Origin: a virus
IMG/VR virus record: IMGVR_UViG_3300048589_000504
Location: 6,609-70,608 of that record
Length of the DNA: 64,000 nucleotides
Strand: one strand, 5' to 3'
Below, in pieces: positions 38,174 through 47,742 of the stretch. The notes under the pieces are model-generated. The model ran no database searches and was not told the origin of the DNA. It was given only the letters and a program-made list of their open reading frames with translations. Within the stretch, counting starts at the first letter, position 1; every line of letters starts with the position of its first letter. Both the position numbers and the translations under genes were made by a program.

Positions 38174-40981
38174 ATGGCATTCCTGAAAGTGAATGGATTC
38201 CATACCGCTGCGGCCGGAAGCCGCACGGATGGTATCGGCGATTTTCTGAGGCAGGTAGACGCGGCGGGCGTGCCTTTTCTGGCCTACTGCGTCGGCGGCA
38301 CGGCTAGCCTGATCGACGCGCAGAACATCATGCGCAGATCAAGCGTGCCGCATAACGCGATCTTCCGGCAGGATGTGTTCCCGCACAACCAGGGCGGAGA
38401 CGACGTGCCGGATTACAACAAGCCGCCCAAGCAGGCGGCGCAAGAGCAGTGGGAATCTCACGTGGCCCGCTGGCCGAGCGAGCTTGATCCGGCCCTGATC
38501 TGGGGCGAAACAGTCAACGAGTTGCGCAAGGAAGTCGAGTGGGCGGACTGGATTGGCGAGTTCTGCTATGAGACTGGCTTGTTAGCGGTCGCTTCCGGCC
38601 GTAAATGGTGCGGGCCAGGATACAGCGCGGGCACGCCGGACGAGGGCGCGTGGGAGACGCCGGGCATGCTCAAGTTCCTGCGTTTGTGCGCCGCGCATCC
38701 GGATCAGGTCGGCGTGGCCTTACACGAGTACAGTCTGGAACCGGAAGACCTCTGGCACAACAAAGGCTATCACATTGGCCGCTTTACGCAGCTCATCGCC
38801 GCCTGTGAGCGGCATGGCATTGCGCCGCCTACGATCTTCTTCACAGAATGGGGTTGGGGGGAGCGGGCCATTCCGGGCAACCGGCAAGATGCGCTCGACG
38901 AAATTCTGGAAGTCGGCGAACTGTACGCCAAGTATCCAAGCGTGAAAGGCGCGGCGATCTGGGCGCTGGACAATGGCTGGGGCGGGCTGGCCGACCAGGT
39001 GCATGGCCTGATGGAACCGCTTGCGCAATTGCTGACGACCACGCGCTATCCCGATCCGGTCACGACAAAGCCGCCTGCCGAAGGCTCGACTGAACCGCCA
39101 TACGGCACCGGCAACGCAGGCTCCGGCGCGCCGCGTGTGCAGTATAAGCGCCGCTATCTGGTCGCGCCGCAAGACTGCACGAAAGAGCAGTGGCTGCGCA
39201 TCGCTGAAGCTGCCTACGCCGGTCGCGTGACGATGGGCGGCTCCTACGATGACGCCGGAGTTGGCGCGTTGGCTGACAAGACGGCCGTGCTTTACGACCT
39301 GCAGGCCGCGCAGCATGACACGTTCGTAGCATGGTACGCGCAGCATTATCCCGGCACGAAAGTGGAGTTTGCGAGCAGTGACCCGGCCGCCAACGCGCCG
39401 ACCTTCACCATCCCGACCAAGCGCGCTGACATGCCGCTTGTCGTGGACATTTCCAAGTGGCAGGCGCGGGCGGTGAGCGGCGGCGGCTTCGCGACAGATA
39501 CCATCGACTGGCAGACGTTGCGCGACAGCGGCAACGTGCGCGGGGCGATTCTGCGGGCGTCTGTCGGGCTGGCCGTCGATCCGACGTACAGCGCCTTCGC
39601 CGGACAGGTGGACGCGCGCGGGCTGGCACGCGGCAACTACCACTTCCTGACCAACGACGACGGCGCGAAACAGGCGGCGCTGTTTCTGAAGCATCGCTTG
39701 CCCGGCGCGCTCGGTGACTGGCTGGACATTGAGGCATTGGCCGGAAAGCTGCCCGCTACGGCCGTGGTGCTGGATTTCGTCGCCGCGTATTTCAAGGCGA
39801 CTGGTAAGGCCATCGGCATCTATACCAACAGCGGGTCATTCAACCCGCTCGGCCTGACCCGCGCGCAGGTGCTCGGCGCGCAGCTTTGGGTAGCGAACTA
39901 CGTCGATTTGGACCGGCCGCTCTCTATTCCGGCCGCATGGAACGCCAAAGAATGGGGTGTGGACAACAGCGCGATCCGCTTCTGGCAGTACGCCGCCGGT
40001 CGCTTGCCCGGTTATGACCGCGATATCGATCTGAACGTCTTTCACGGATCGCATGAGGAATTCAGTCACCTGTTCGGTGAACCTACAGCGCCGGTTGTGG
40101 TCACGCCCACGCCGCCGGTTGCTACGCCCAAACCGACGAAGCCGGTCCTGCTCGGCTTGCACGCCGGAGCGGACGGCGGCGACATCGGCACGCTGGAAAT
40201 GCGCGAGTTTCAGACGCTGGCGCCGGGCGTGATTAAGGTTCTGTCCAGTTCATCTGAGTTCACCGTGCGCACATTGGCCGTCCAGCATCCAAAGGCCGCG
40301 TTCATCGTGCGCGCCTTTCTGGATATCGGCGGCAGGCCGGTCACGCCGGAACAGTTCGTTGACTGGACCTTGCCGGACGTGCGCAGATCGGTGAACGCAC
40401 TGGCCGGGCATGAGGTATGGGTAGAGCTGCACAATGAGCCGAACCTGACAATGGAAGGGCTGAAAGCGGCGTGGGCCAGCGGCGCGTATTTCAACATCTG
40501 GTATCTGAAGCTGCTCGGCCTGTATCGCAGGGCGCTGCCGGGCGGGCGCTTCCTGTTTCCGGGGCTGTCACCGGGCGGGGACATCGCCGGTATTCGTGAG
40601 GATAGTTTCGGATTCCTGACCGCTTGCGCGGGCGCGGTCAACGCTTCCGACGGCCTGGCGGTGCATGGCTACTTTGCGCCGCAATCCGGCTGGTCAATGG
40701 AGCGCACGCTGGATCAGATCGGGCCGGTCGCGAACCTGTTTGCGCACAAGGCGCTCTGGGTAACTGAGGCGAGTAACAACCAGCCCGGCGCGACACCGAG
40801 CGAGAAGGCGGCGCAGTACGTGCGCTTTGCTAAAGAGTTGGCCCGGTGGCCGAACGTGCGCGGCGTGACCTACTTTGTGGCGAGCGCCTCTAATCCGGCG
40901 TGGGGCTGGCAATCCGGCGGCAGCGCGGAAACGTGGGTCCCGGTCGGCATGGCGGCTCTTGTGAAGGAGCGTGGCGGGTGA
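38174..40981 (+). CDS. modular endolysin: glycoside-hydrolase-like barrel + GH25 muramidase + second GH-like barrel
   Basis: GH25 motifs VDISKWQ, NYHF, LDIE, IYT, LWVANY, FWQY, IDLN; flanking domains with NE/LHEY/FTEWG and HNEPN/HGY/VTEA. Confidence 0.8.
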   Translation: MAFLKVNGFHTAAAGSRTDGIGDFLRQVDAAGVPFLAYCVGGTASLIDAQNIMRRSSVPHNAIFRQDVFPHNQGGDDVPDYNKPPKQAAQEQWESHVARWPSELDPALIWGETVNELRKEVEWADWIGEFCYETGLLAVASGRKWCGPGYSAGTPDEGAWETPGMLKFLRLCAAHPDQVGVALHEYSLEPEDLWHNKGYHIGRFTQLIAACERHGIAPPTIFFTEWGWGERAIPGNRQDALDEILEVGELYAKYPSVKGAAIWALDNGWGGLADQVHGLMEPLAQLLTTTRYPDPVTTKPPAEGSTEPPYGTGNAGSGAPRVQYKRRYLVAPQDCTKEQWLRIAEAAYAGRVTMGGSYDDAGVGALADKTAVLYDLQAAQHDTFVAWYAQHYPGTKVEFASSDPAANAPTFTIPTKRADMPLVVDISKWQARAVSGGGFATDTIDWQTLRDSGNVRGAILRASVGLAVDPTYSAFAGQVDARGLARGNYHFLTNDDGAKQAALFLKHRLPGALGDWLDIEALAGKLPATAVVLDFVAAYFKATGKAIGIYTNSGSFNPLGLTRAQVLGAQLWVANYVDLDRPLSIPAAWNAKEWGVDNSAIRFWQYAAGRLPGYDRDIDLNVFHGSHEEFSHLFGEPTAPVVVTPTPPVATPKPTKPVLLGLHAGADGGDIGTLEMREFQTLAPGVIKVLSSSSEFTVRTLAVQHPKAAFIVRAFLDIGGRPVTPEQFVDWTLPDVRRSVNALAGHEVWVELHNEPNLTMEGLKAAWASGAYFNIWYLKLLGLYRRALPGGRFLFPGLSPGGDIAGIREDSFGFLTACAGAVNASDGLAVHGYFAPQSGWSMERTLDQIGPVANLFAHKALWVTEASNNQPGATPSEKAAQYVRFAKELARWPNVRGVTYFVASASNPAWGWQSGGSAETWVPVGMAALVKERGG

Positions 40982-41235
40982 CATTCTCAACCTCGTGGCA
41001 AAAGCGGCTGCCGGTGCGTGACGTGTGGTATGTGCATGTCACGTTCCGGCACGCGGTAGACGGCCGTACGGAAGAGCTGATCGAATGCCCGTCGCGGCAG
41101 GTCGCGGAACTGTGGCTGCATCATATACCGCTTAATCAGGTGCGGGCGCTGGATCATCCGCTGGAAACCGCCGACGAATATAACTGGCTGAACATTCGCA
41201 GCGCAACGCTGAAACAGGGAGCATCACTGAATTAG
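40978..41235 (+). CDS. hypothetical protein
   Basis: GTG overlaps the endolysin stop. Confidence 0.5.
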   Translation: MTFSTSWQKRLPVRDVWYVHVTFRHAVDGRTEELIECPSRQVAELWLHHIPLNQVRALDHPLETADEYNWLNIRSATLKQGASLN

Positions 41236-41270
41236 GCCGCAAGGGAACTCCCTCTGTGGCCTTTTTCTTT
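41234..41270 (+). terminator. intrinsic terminator
   Basis: GGCCGCAAGGG...CCCTCTGTGGCC followed by TTTTTCTTT. Confidence 0.6.
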
Positions 41271-41280
41271 GCAGAAGATT

Positions 41281-42525
41281 ATGAGCGACCAAGAAGTAAT
41301 TCGCACGCCGATCAGTGACAACATCGAAGAAATAGAAGCGCCGCATTCCAAGTCTATCCGCTCGCTGGAACAGCTACTCGCAGCCGGGCGGGTGGATCAG
41401 AAGACGTGGAAGGTGCTGCAATGGAACCTGAACACGTGGGAAAGCGCGGCCAAGCGCGGGTCCGGCGACGACGCTGAGTGGATGGTGCAGGACTTGTGGC
41501 AGGTCAAGGCGACGCTTATTCGCAAGAAGATGGTCGCGCAGTTCCCGATTGTGCGCCCGCTGAAGGTAGAGCGCACAGTGCGCCAGGTCAAGTCTTCGCA
41601 GTACCGGCGGCCGCAAGGGATCGAGACGACGCTCATCGTGCCGGATATGCACATCGGCTTCGTGCGCGACCCGAAGAGCGGCGAGCTTGAACCGCTGCAC
41701 GACATGCGGGCGATGGACGTGGTGTTGCAGGTCGCGGCTGAATTACGGCCGCATAACCTGATCATCCTCGGTGATGTGCTCGATCTCGCTGAGTGGTCTA
41801 CCAAATTCTTGTCATCGCCGGATTTTGAGCAGACCACGCAACCGGCCGTGATCGCCGCCAACTGGTATCTCGGCGCGCTGCATGACGTGACACCGGGGAG
41901 CCGCGCGGTGGTGCTGGAAGGGAACCACGACAAGCGCGTCGAAACCGCACTGTTGACAAACATGAAAGCCGCCTATGGCCTGCGTCCGGCTGATGAGCTG
42001 GCCTTGCCGCCCGCCATGTCAGTGCCGCGTCTGCTTGCACTACACAAGCTCGGCTACGCTTACAGTGCGGCGTACCCCAATGGCGAGTATTGGCTAAGTG
42101 ACAGCCTGTACTGTCAACATGGCAACATAGCGCGGAAGGGTGGAGGAAAGAGCACGTCCGCGGTTATTAAGGATTTGGACGTGTCTGCAATTTTCGGACA
42201 CATCCACCGCCTGGAACAGGCCATGCGCACGACGTTCAGCCAGAGCGACACGCGCACCATCGGCGCGTATGCTTGCGGCTGCCTGTGCCGGATTGATGGC
42301 ATCGTACCGGGCACGAAAGCGCGTCAGGATTGGCAGCAAGGTTATGGTGTTTGTCATACAACGCCGGACGGGCAGGCGACGGTGCAGCTCTATGAGATCA
42401 CGAAGGGGCGGTCACTGTTCGGAAACAAGCTGTTCGTCGGGGAAGATCGCACGGCCGTGCTGCGGGAAGATACCGGCTGGAATTTTGCGGTGGCGGGGCA
42501 GAAGGAAAAGCAGCAGCCCGCCTGA
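41281..42525 (+). CDS. calcineurin-like metallophosphoesterase
   Basis: PDMH, GDVLD, GNHD, HG and GHIH motifs. Confidence 0.85.
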   Translation: MSDQEVIRTPISDNIEEIEAPHSKSIRSLEQLLAAGRVDQKTWKVLQWNLNTWESAAKRGSGDDAEWMVQDLWQVKATLIRKKMVAQFPIVRPLKVERTVRQVKSSQYRRPQGIETTLIVPDMHIGFVRDPKSGELEPLHDMRAMDVVLQVAAELRPHNLIILGDVLDLAEWSTKFLSSPDFEQTTQPAVIAANWYLGALHDVTPGSRAVVLEGNHDKRVETALLTNMKAAYGLRPADELALPPAMSVPRLLALHKLGYAYSAAYPNGEYWLSDSLYCQHGNIARKGGGKSTSAVIKDLDVSAIFGHIHRLEQAMRTTFSQSDTRTIGAYACGCLCRIDGIVPGTKARQDWQQGYGVCHTTPDGQATVQLYEITKGRSLFGNKLFVGEDRTAVLREDTGWNFAVAGQKEKQQPA

Positions 42526-42665
42526 TGTATGGCTAGGGCCTTGCGGCCGCACGGCTTGGAGCCGACTTTCGCCAATACATAAGCGGGCCGCGCACCCAAC
42601 CACCGAAGCGATTGGGGGGATGCGATACCGCTATGGGTATCCACCTGCGCTTAACGCATTAGGGA
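42510..42665 (-). ncRNA. candidate structured small RNA
   Basis: Follows TGcTATACT (42667-42675, minus strand); stems capped by UUCG, GAAA and GCAA tetraloops. Confidence 0.5.
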
Positions 42666-42676
42666 TAGTATAGCAC

Positions 42677-42705
42677 AAGAAAACCGCCGCCTCGTAAGGC
42701 GGCGG
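42677..42705 (-). terminator. intrinsic terminator of the leftward operon
   Basis: 9-bp GC stem CCGCCGCCT/AGGCGGCGG followed by TTTTCTT on the minus strand. Confidence 0.7.
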
Positions 42706-42795
42706 GGGCCGGTGAGCCGCGTGGCCCATCCGGGGATGGTTTCTGTAAGTATAGCATCACTCTTCAATCGGAGCGGCCAGCGAAGGCGCGACAGA

Positions 42796-43107
42796 CTAAG
42801 GCAGGGGAGGCGGCAACGTGTCGCAGAGCCAGTGCTGGAACAGGCTCTTCGTGAATTTTTCGTCAAACATGATGACCGGCACGCCCAAGAAGGCGTCGGC
42901 AAGGCTTGTGCCTTCCACCGCCTTCAGCGGCAGCGCGTCGAAGTCGGCGCGGTCGATGACCACGTACAGACGGCCGTCCTTAAGCGGCCAGCGGGCGATC
43001 TTGCCGCGCATGGCCGGGCTATCGGTGACGACGATAGCGGTGATTCTTTCGGGTTGGCCCGCTTCGAGATCGCTTCTTACTTTGCGCATGTCGTCGAGGA
43101 TAGTCAT
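42796..43107 (-). CDS. hypothetical protein, paralog of 43808-44107
   Basis: MTxxDD..., VVTD, KDGRxY, ADxD, VPVI shared; GGAGG SD. Confidence 0.65.
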   Translation of the reverse strand: MTILDDMRKVRSDLEAGQPERITAIVVTDSPAMRGKIARWPLKDGRLYVVIDRADFDALPLKAVEGTSLADAFLGVPVIMFDEKFTKSLFQHWLCDTLPPPLP

Positions 43108-43255
43108 GTTACCTCCTTTGGAGCAGGGCGGTACAGCGCGTTCAACTGATCCACTGTCAAGCCGTGCCGCTTGCAGAACAAGTGCACTATACTATAATGT
43201 TCAACTCCATATTTTGGGAAAGTTGAGCATAGATTTGGAATTTATATTATACTGA

Positions 43256-43822
43256 ATGGTGAAAATGGTTGGCTCTCCAATAATGTACAGACGGAAGCAG
43301 ATAGAATCAATTATATATGTCGCCAATCGGGCAAAAAACCCGACTGTCCTCAAGGTCTTCAATCTGCTGTACCTTGCAGACCTAGAGCATCTAAGCCGCT
43401 ACGGCCGTTTCATAACCTATGACCGGTATGTCGCCATGGAAAACGGCCCCGTCCCTGCGAAAATGTATGACCTGACCAAGGAATCTGGTGCCGCCGACAG
43501 TATCGAAGGCTTTGTTGTGCCGCCAAAACCATCTGGTGAGCGCGGGCGTGAGATTGTGACGCAGAGGGATGCAGACCTGGACGAATTCAGTCAATCAGAC
43601 CTGCAATGCCTGGACGAAATCATAGCAAACTACGGCACATATTCAATTTCCGATCTCGTGCATAGATGTCACGATGCGGCATGGAACAAGACCACCGGCG
43701 ACGGGGCAATGTTTGCTGACCAATCTTCCAGCAAGTCCAAACCTATTGATCTCGCTGACATCGTCGATATGTTGTCGAACGCAGACGAAGTGAGGCTGCA
43801 CTTGCAGTCACATGTCTGTTGA
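43256..43822 (+). CDS. Panacea (DUF4065/SocA-like) antitoxin-domain protein
   Basis: KVFNLLYLAD..L..YGR.IT...Y.AMENGPVP...FSQSD...L....H...W. Confidence 0.8.
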   Translation: MVKMVGSPIMYRRKQIESIIYVANRAKNPTVLKVFNLLYLADLEHLSRYGRFITYDRYVAMENGPVPAKMYDLTKESGAADSIEGFVVPPKPSGERGREIVTQRDADLDEFSQSDLQCLDEIIANYGTYSISDLVHRCHDAAWNKTTGDGAMFADQSSSKSKPIDLADIVDMLSNADEVRLHLQSHVC

Positions 43823-44107
43823 GTACTGGTTAATCAGCTCTTGCGCGAAGTCGTTGCTGTAAATCACCGGCACATCAGTCAGTTTCCGAGCCGTCGAACT
43901 GGCCGCGTTTGTCGGCAGTAAGTCTTCCAGCTTGTCCATGTCTGCCTTGCTCATGAGCAGGTACATACGGCCGTCTTTACGACTGGTGATGTGGAGCATG
44001 TGCCCCGCTGCCACGTAGTCAGTGACGACTACGCCGGAAAGTGGCCTTTTCGGGTTGGCCCCGCGCAATTCGTTGACTGCTTTTTGTAAGTCGTCGATGG
44101 TTGTCAT
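43808..44107 (-). CDS. hypothetical protein
   Basis: Paralog of 42796-43107. Confidence 0.65.
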   Translation of the reverse strand: MTTIDDLQKAVNELRGANPKRPLSGVVVTDYVAAGHMLHITSRKDGRMYLLMSKADMDKLEDLLPTNAASSTARKLTDVPVIYSNDFAQELINQYSTDM

Positions 44108-44337
44108 CCGCCAAACACCGCCATCAACAGCCACATCGCAAACGCGCCGAACGCGGCGGCGATGAGCAGCGGGAGCAGGGTGGAGAGGAATGATGGTTCT
44201 TTATCCGGCCTGCCAAAGTCGCAGTCAGGAACCGGCTGTATCGGCACCTCTGTGTCAGTGCGCTTCTGGTAACGGCCGTCTAGTTCCTTGATGAGTCTCC
44301 ACTTTTCCATGTCTTTCCGAGTTTCTTTGATTATCAT
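44104..44337 (-). CDS. small C-terminally anchored membrane protein, paralog of 48227-48451
   Basis: LDGRYQKRxDTEVPIxPVPD followed by a TM segment. Confidence 0.65.
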   Translation of the reverse strand: MIIKETRKDMEKWRLIKELDGRYQKRTDTEVPIQPVPDCDFGRPDKEPSFLSTLLPLLIAAAFGAFAMWLLMAVFGG

Positions 44338-44516
44338 TTCACCTCCATCGGGGCAGGGCGGTACAACTCATTCAACTCATTCACGGTCAAGCTATGGCGC
44401 TTGCAGAACCAGCGCACGATCACGGCACGTTCGGCCTGCGTTTCGGCGCGATTGAAATTGCGCTCAAGTTCGGCAAGATCGGCGGCGGTTGGGGCTGGAA
44501 GTGTGTCGGTGCTCAT
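44334..44516 (-). CDS. hypothetical protein
   Basis: AAGGA SD; 3' part is duplicated at 43111-43190. Confidence 0.55.
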   Translation of the reverse strand: MSTDTLPAPTAADLAELERNFNRAETQAERAVIVRWFCKRHSLTVNELNELYRPAPMEVK

Positions 44517-44604
44517 GGGCGGTTCCTTTTGCGGGGTGGGGCGGTGACTAGCCCTACGATAATTCTATAATTAAATTAACTGTCATTAGCCACAAATCGG
44601 AAAA

Positions 44605-45600
44605 CTAAAGTATAACGCCATTCTCAAAGGCTGAATCGACACTGTATTCAGGCAGGAAGTAAGCATAGCTTTCGCGCGTCGTCTCTGCACTGACATGGTT
44701 AAGAATTTCCTGAACCGCTTCCAGCCCAACGCCATTCTGCAACATCGTAGCGGCGCGGTAATGCCGGATGTGATGTGGCGTGACACGGCCGTCCAGGCCA
44801 AGCGTCCGCATGGGCCGCTTGATTGCATTGTAAATTGAGGTAACGCTCAGGCGCTTGCCGTCGCTGTTGCGCGAGTGAGAGACAAACAGTGCCTCATTCG
44901 TGTCGGTTCGTTCGCTCAGGTACGCTCCCAGCGCGGGCACGGCGCGGCTGCTCCCATTGCGCAGCAAGCGCAGAACGTGCGGCCGGTTGCCCTTGCCTTT
45001 CACGCTCACAAGACGGCCGTCTTTCAATGCGGCGAAATCGGAGCGCGTCAATCTGCCCACTTCGGCCGTGCGTGCGGCCGTTTCGTACAGTGTCCAAAAC
45101 AGCGCAGTATCTCGCAGCGCAGTCAGGCGACGGCCAAACGAGTCGTCTTCGGTTGGCGGTTCTAATACTTCAAAGTAGGCTCTGAGCTTCGGGATGCCAT
45201 CCATCCATAACTCGTGATACAGTACGCGGTCGCGCCATGTGCGATCTGGCGGAAGTGGCGCTTCCTTACGGATTCTGTTATCAAGCGCGTCAAAATTGAT
45301 GATTGGTGCGCCGCCTACTTCACCGACGACAAAGTGCAGGTAACGAGAAACTACCGTCCAGTAGGTATTGATCGTTTTGCCCTTTGAGTATTCATCGCTC
45401 AGATGCAAGCGAAACGCGAAGGCGGTTTCGCCACTTAACGGGCGCTTACCGGCCTCGGAACAAAATTTCTCGAACTTGCGGAGTGCGGATTTGTAGGTTA
45501 AAAACGTCTTTCCCTTGTCAATGTACTGATCAAGAAACTCGCCAGAGTACGGAAGACTCGCCCCGCCCTGCTGTTGTGATGTAGAATGGTTGCTATTCAT
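44605..45600 (-). CDS. tyrosine recombinase (integrase/Xer-like)
   Basis: Catalytic set R (TAARTAE), K (KGK), HxxR (HHIRH), H (LNH), Y; GGAGG SD. Confidence 0.9.
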   Translation of the reverse strand: MNSNHSTSQQQGGASLPYSGEFLDQYIDKGKTFLTYKSALRKFEKFCSEAGKRPLSGETAFAFRLHLSDEYSKGKTINTYWTVVSRYLHFVVGEVGGAPIINFDALDNRIRKEAPLPPDRTWRDRVLYHELWMDGIPKLRAYFEVLEPPTEDDSFGRRLTALRDTALFWTLYETAARTAEVGRLTRSDFAALKDGRLVSVKGKGNRPHVLRLLRNGSSRAVPALGAYLSERTDTNEALFVSHSRNSDGKRLSVTSIYNAIKRPMRTLGLDGRVTPHHIRHYRAATMLQNGVGLEAVQEILNHVSAETTRESYAYFLPEYSVDSAFENGVIL

Positions 45601-45723
45601 GGTTGCACCTCCGTTGTGCACTGTGGGTCACGCTCAGGGATGGTGAGACATCGCCTGAGCACTTCGTTAATACACCCATAATTATAGCACGTTTGTTCGG
45701 GAAGATGAAGTAATTGACGGCTA

Positions 45724-46341
45724 TTATTGCCCGCCAACAAACTCCGCAGGATTGACCAGATTAAGCCCTGCGTCTGTCACAAACCCCGGCAAATTAATCA
45801 CGGTCGAAACATCCCCCCACTCGATCACGATACCGCCACAACTCTCGTCCTCGATTATTTTGGCGACGGCGCGACCTTCGGGCCAGTCGATGTTACCTAG
45901 CTCGTGGTTAACCGCCGCGCCCCACAGTCTCCCACGGCCCGCCCTGCCGCGCCGACTTCTCACCTCACTCGCAACGGCCGTGGGCAGGCAGACAATCAAC
46001 TCTTTGCTATCCTGCTCGTGGTTTTTGTAGAGATACTCTGTGCTGCGCTGGCTAAGCCACCAAACCGCGTACTTGTTATTTGCGTTCATGTCAGCATCCT
46101 TACTCTCCCGCGCCTCTACACTCATTACCATCTTCCGCAAAATCTCTTGCATAGACACGGTATACAGTTGTCCATCGATTTCGACGACCGGCGAATACTC
46201 GTTAGTGCAGTTCGGCCGTACAAGTGCCGCCTCGTAGTCTTTGCCGTCATGGCGCGTAACGCCAATGGTATCGAGCATAGATGGGTTCACGCTCGTTCTA
46301 GACACGTCAATTTCTATCCTCATCGGTTCCAAATGCCTCAC
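45724..46341 (-). CDS. hypothetical protein
   Basis: Overlap-coupled in the leftward operon. Confidence 0.5.
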   Translation of the reverse strand: MRHLEPMRIEIDVSRTSVNPSMLDTIGVTRHDGKDYEAALVRPNCTNEYSPVVEIDGQLYTVSMQEILRKMVMSVEARESKDADMNANNKYAVWWLSQRSTEYLYKNHEQDSKELIVCLPTAVASEVRSRRGRAGRGRLWGAAVNHELGNIDWPEGRAVAKIIEDESCGGIVIEWGDVSTVINLPGFVTDAGLNLVNPAEFVGGQ

Positions 46342-46607
46342 CTTTTCACCGTGTACGTAGTAGTCGTACTCTTGCGCAGATCGTGTCTTTCGGCCGTGAC
46401 ACTGGCGACGTAGTGGTACATAAAGACACCATTTGCCAAAGGTACACCAGAGAGGTCAACTTCGCTGATCTTATATCCAGTCTTCTGCGAAAACTCAAAA
46501 CACAAGTCGCTTATCTGCTTAGCGAGTGCTGCCAGTTCAGATTGCACATCCAATTGCTCAGCAGTCGTTTCTTGTGTGTCTTTATCCTTGCTCATTGTCA
46601 TCTCCAC
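46338..46607 (-). CDS. hypothetical protein
   Basis: Coupled ORF in the leftward operon. Confidence 0.5.
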   Translation of the reverse strand: MEMTMSKDKDTQETTAEQLDVQSELAALAKQISDLCFEFSQKTGYKISEVDLSGVPLANGVFMYHYVASVTAERHDLRKSTTTTYTVKR

Positions 46608-47139
46608 TTACCAGTATAAGCCAGTCAATTTCGGGGAAGTAACAGAACCGCTGCACGTATCGCTCCCCGCTTTCGTCGCGCAGCGCAGTGCGCAGGATCG
46701 GCGCGGTGAGGGTGCGTCCTAGCGCTGCTGGCTGACTAAAATCAGGATCGGTATCTGCAAACCAATCATGGCTCACCGTCGGCGGCATCGGGAGATTGAT
46801 ATGGTTCAGATCGGGATCGACCCGGAGGCGTTTAACTTTCATGGCGGTCTGATATGACAGATACCTGTACAGAGCATATTCGGCGCGTGTCTTTTTGCCA
46901 AGAATCCAGTTGTTGACAATATCTACCCATTGGTAGAACGCAGCGCGAAAGTGACCGCAGTCGGCCTCAAAGGTGACTTTGCAACCGCCGCGCGCGGCGC
47001 AATATTCCCACACGATCTCTATGGTTCCTGTGTCTAGATCGGGAACGACAGTGCGCCACATCCAAGCCGGTATCTCTCTTTCAACACAGTCAATGGTTCT
47101 CTGTACCGGGTTCACCTTATCCCCCTGCTCCGACATCAA
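46582..47139 (-). CDS. hypothetical protein
   Basis: Coupled ORF in the leftward operon. Confidence 0.5.
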   Translation of the reverse strand: MMSEQGDKVNPVQRTIDCVEREIPAWMWRTVVPDLDTGTIEIVWEYCAARGGCKVTFEADCGHFRAAFYQWVDIVNNWILGKKTRAEYALYRYLSYQTAMKVKRLRVDPDLNHINLPMPPTVSHDWFADTDPDFSQPAALGRTLTAPILRTALRDESGERYVQRFCYFPEIDWLILVSGDDNEQG

Positions 47140-47410
47140 ACACCTTGCCGATGGCGTCGATTATCTCATTTACGCCAACGCCCTTTCTCTCGGCCATCTT
47201 GTTAAACTCGATTATGTACATGAGGTGTCTCGATCCTTCGTCGAACTTGCTTGTCCGCGCGAACAGAATCCATATGTCGCGCTGCAATAATTCAGGGCTG
47301 CTGCTGTAGTCGAATTGCGGGTTGGCGTAGAACCTGTTGCGCAGCTCGTCGTTGTCGATCATTTCGACGTAGGCGGTGAGCAGTTGGTCTAACATCATTT
47401 CTCCGGCCAT
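47117..47410 (-). CDS. hypothetical protein
   Basis: GGAG SD before ATG 47410. Confidence 0.45.
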   Translation of the reverse strand: MAGEMMLDQLLTAYVEMIDNDELRNRFYANPQFDYSSSPELLQRDIWILFARTSKFDEGSRHLMYIIEFNKMAERKGVGVNEIIDAIGKVFDVGAGG

Positions 47411-47739
47411 AGGTCCCATAGCTCCAATTGCCCTGCGTCGATCTGCCTCTGTCGCCGCGTCTGCGCCGCGTTCGCCGCGTGATAGGGCGCGTCGTAGGAA
47501 AGGTGACAAAGTTGACACATGGCACGAAGGTTGTCCAGATCGTTGTTGGTCGTGTCGTGATCCAGGTGCGCAGTCGTGAGCACAACCATACTACCGGTTT
47601 CGGGATGCGGCCGCCCATGCTCGGCGCGGCAGTCTGGGTACAGCGGCGATCCTTCGCAGCAGCCGCCCGCGCGCACGAAGCGGACGTAGTGGCTGAGTTC
47701 TTCCCAGTTGTCGGGATAGTCGGCGCGGTTCATTGGCAT
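47395..47739 (-). CDS. HNH-like endonuclease
   Basis: YPDNW...CEG..C...VLTTAHLDHD..NN...NLRAMCQLCH..YD. Confidence 0.8.
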   Translation of the reverse strand: MPMNRADYPDNWEELSHYVRFVRAGGCCEGSPLYPDCRAEHGRPHPETGSMVVLTTAHLDHDTTNNDLDNLRAMCQLCHLSYDAPYHAANAAQTRRQRQIDAGQLELWDLWPEK

Positions 47740-47742
47740 GGT

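Noticed and set aside
42510-42665. tRNA or hammerhead ribozyme
   Set aside because: No T-loop GTTCRA or CCA end, and no CUGANGA core.
44520-44604. AT-rich stretch after the recombinase as attP/dif-like site
   Set aside because: Position is plausible, but no tRNA-end homology or arm repeats could be identified by eye.
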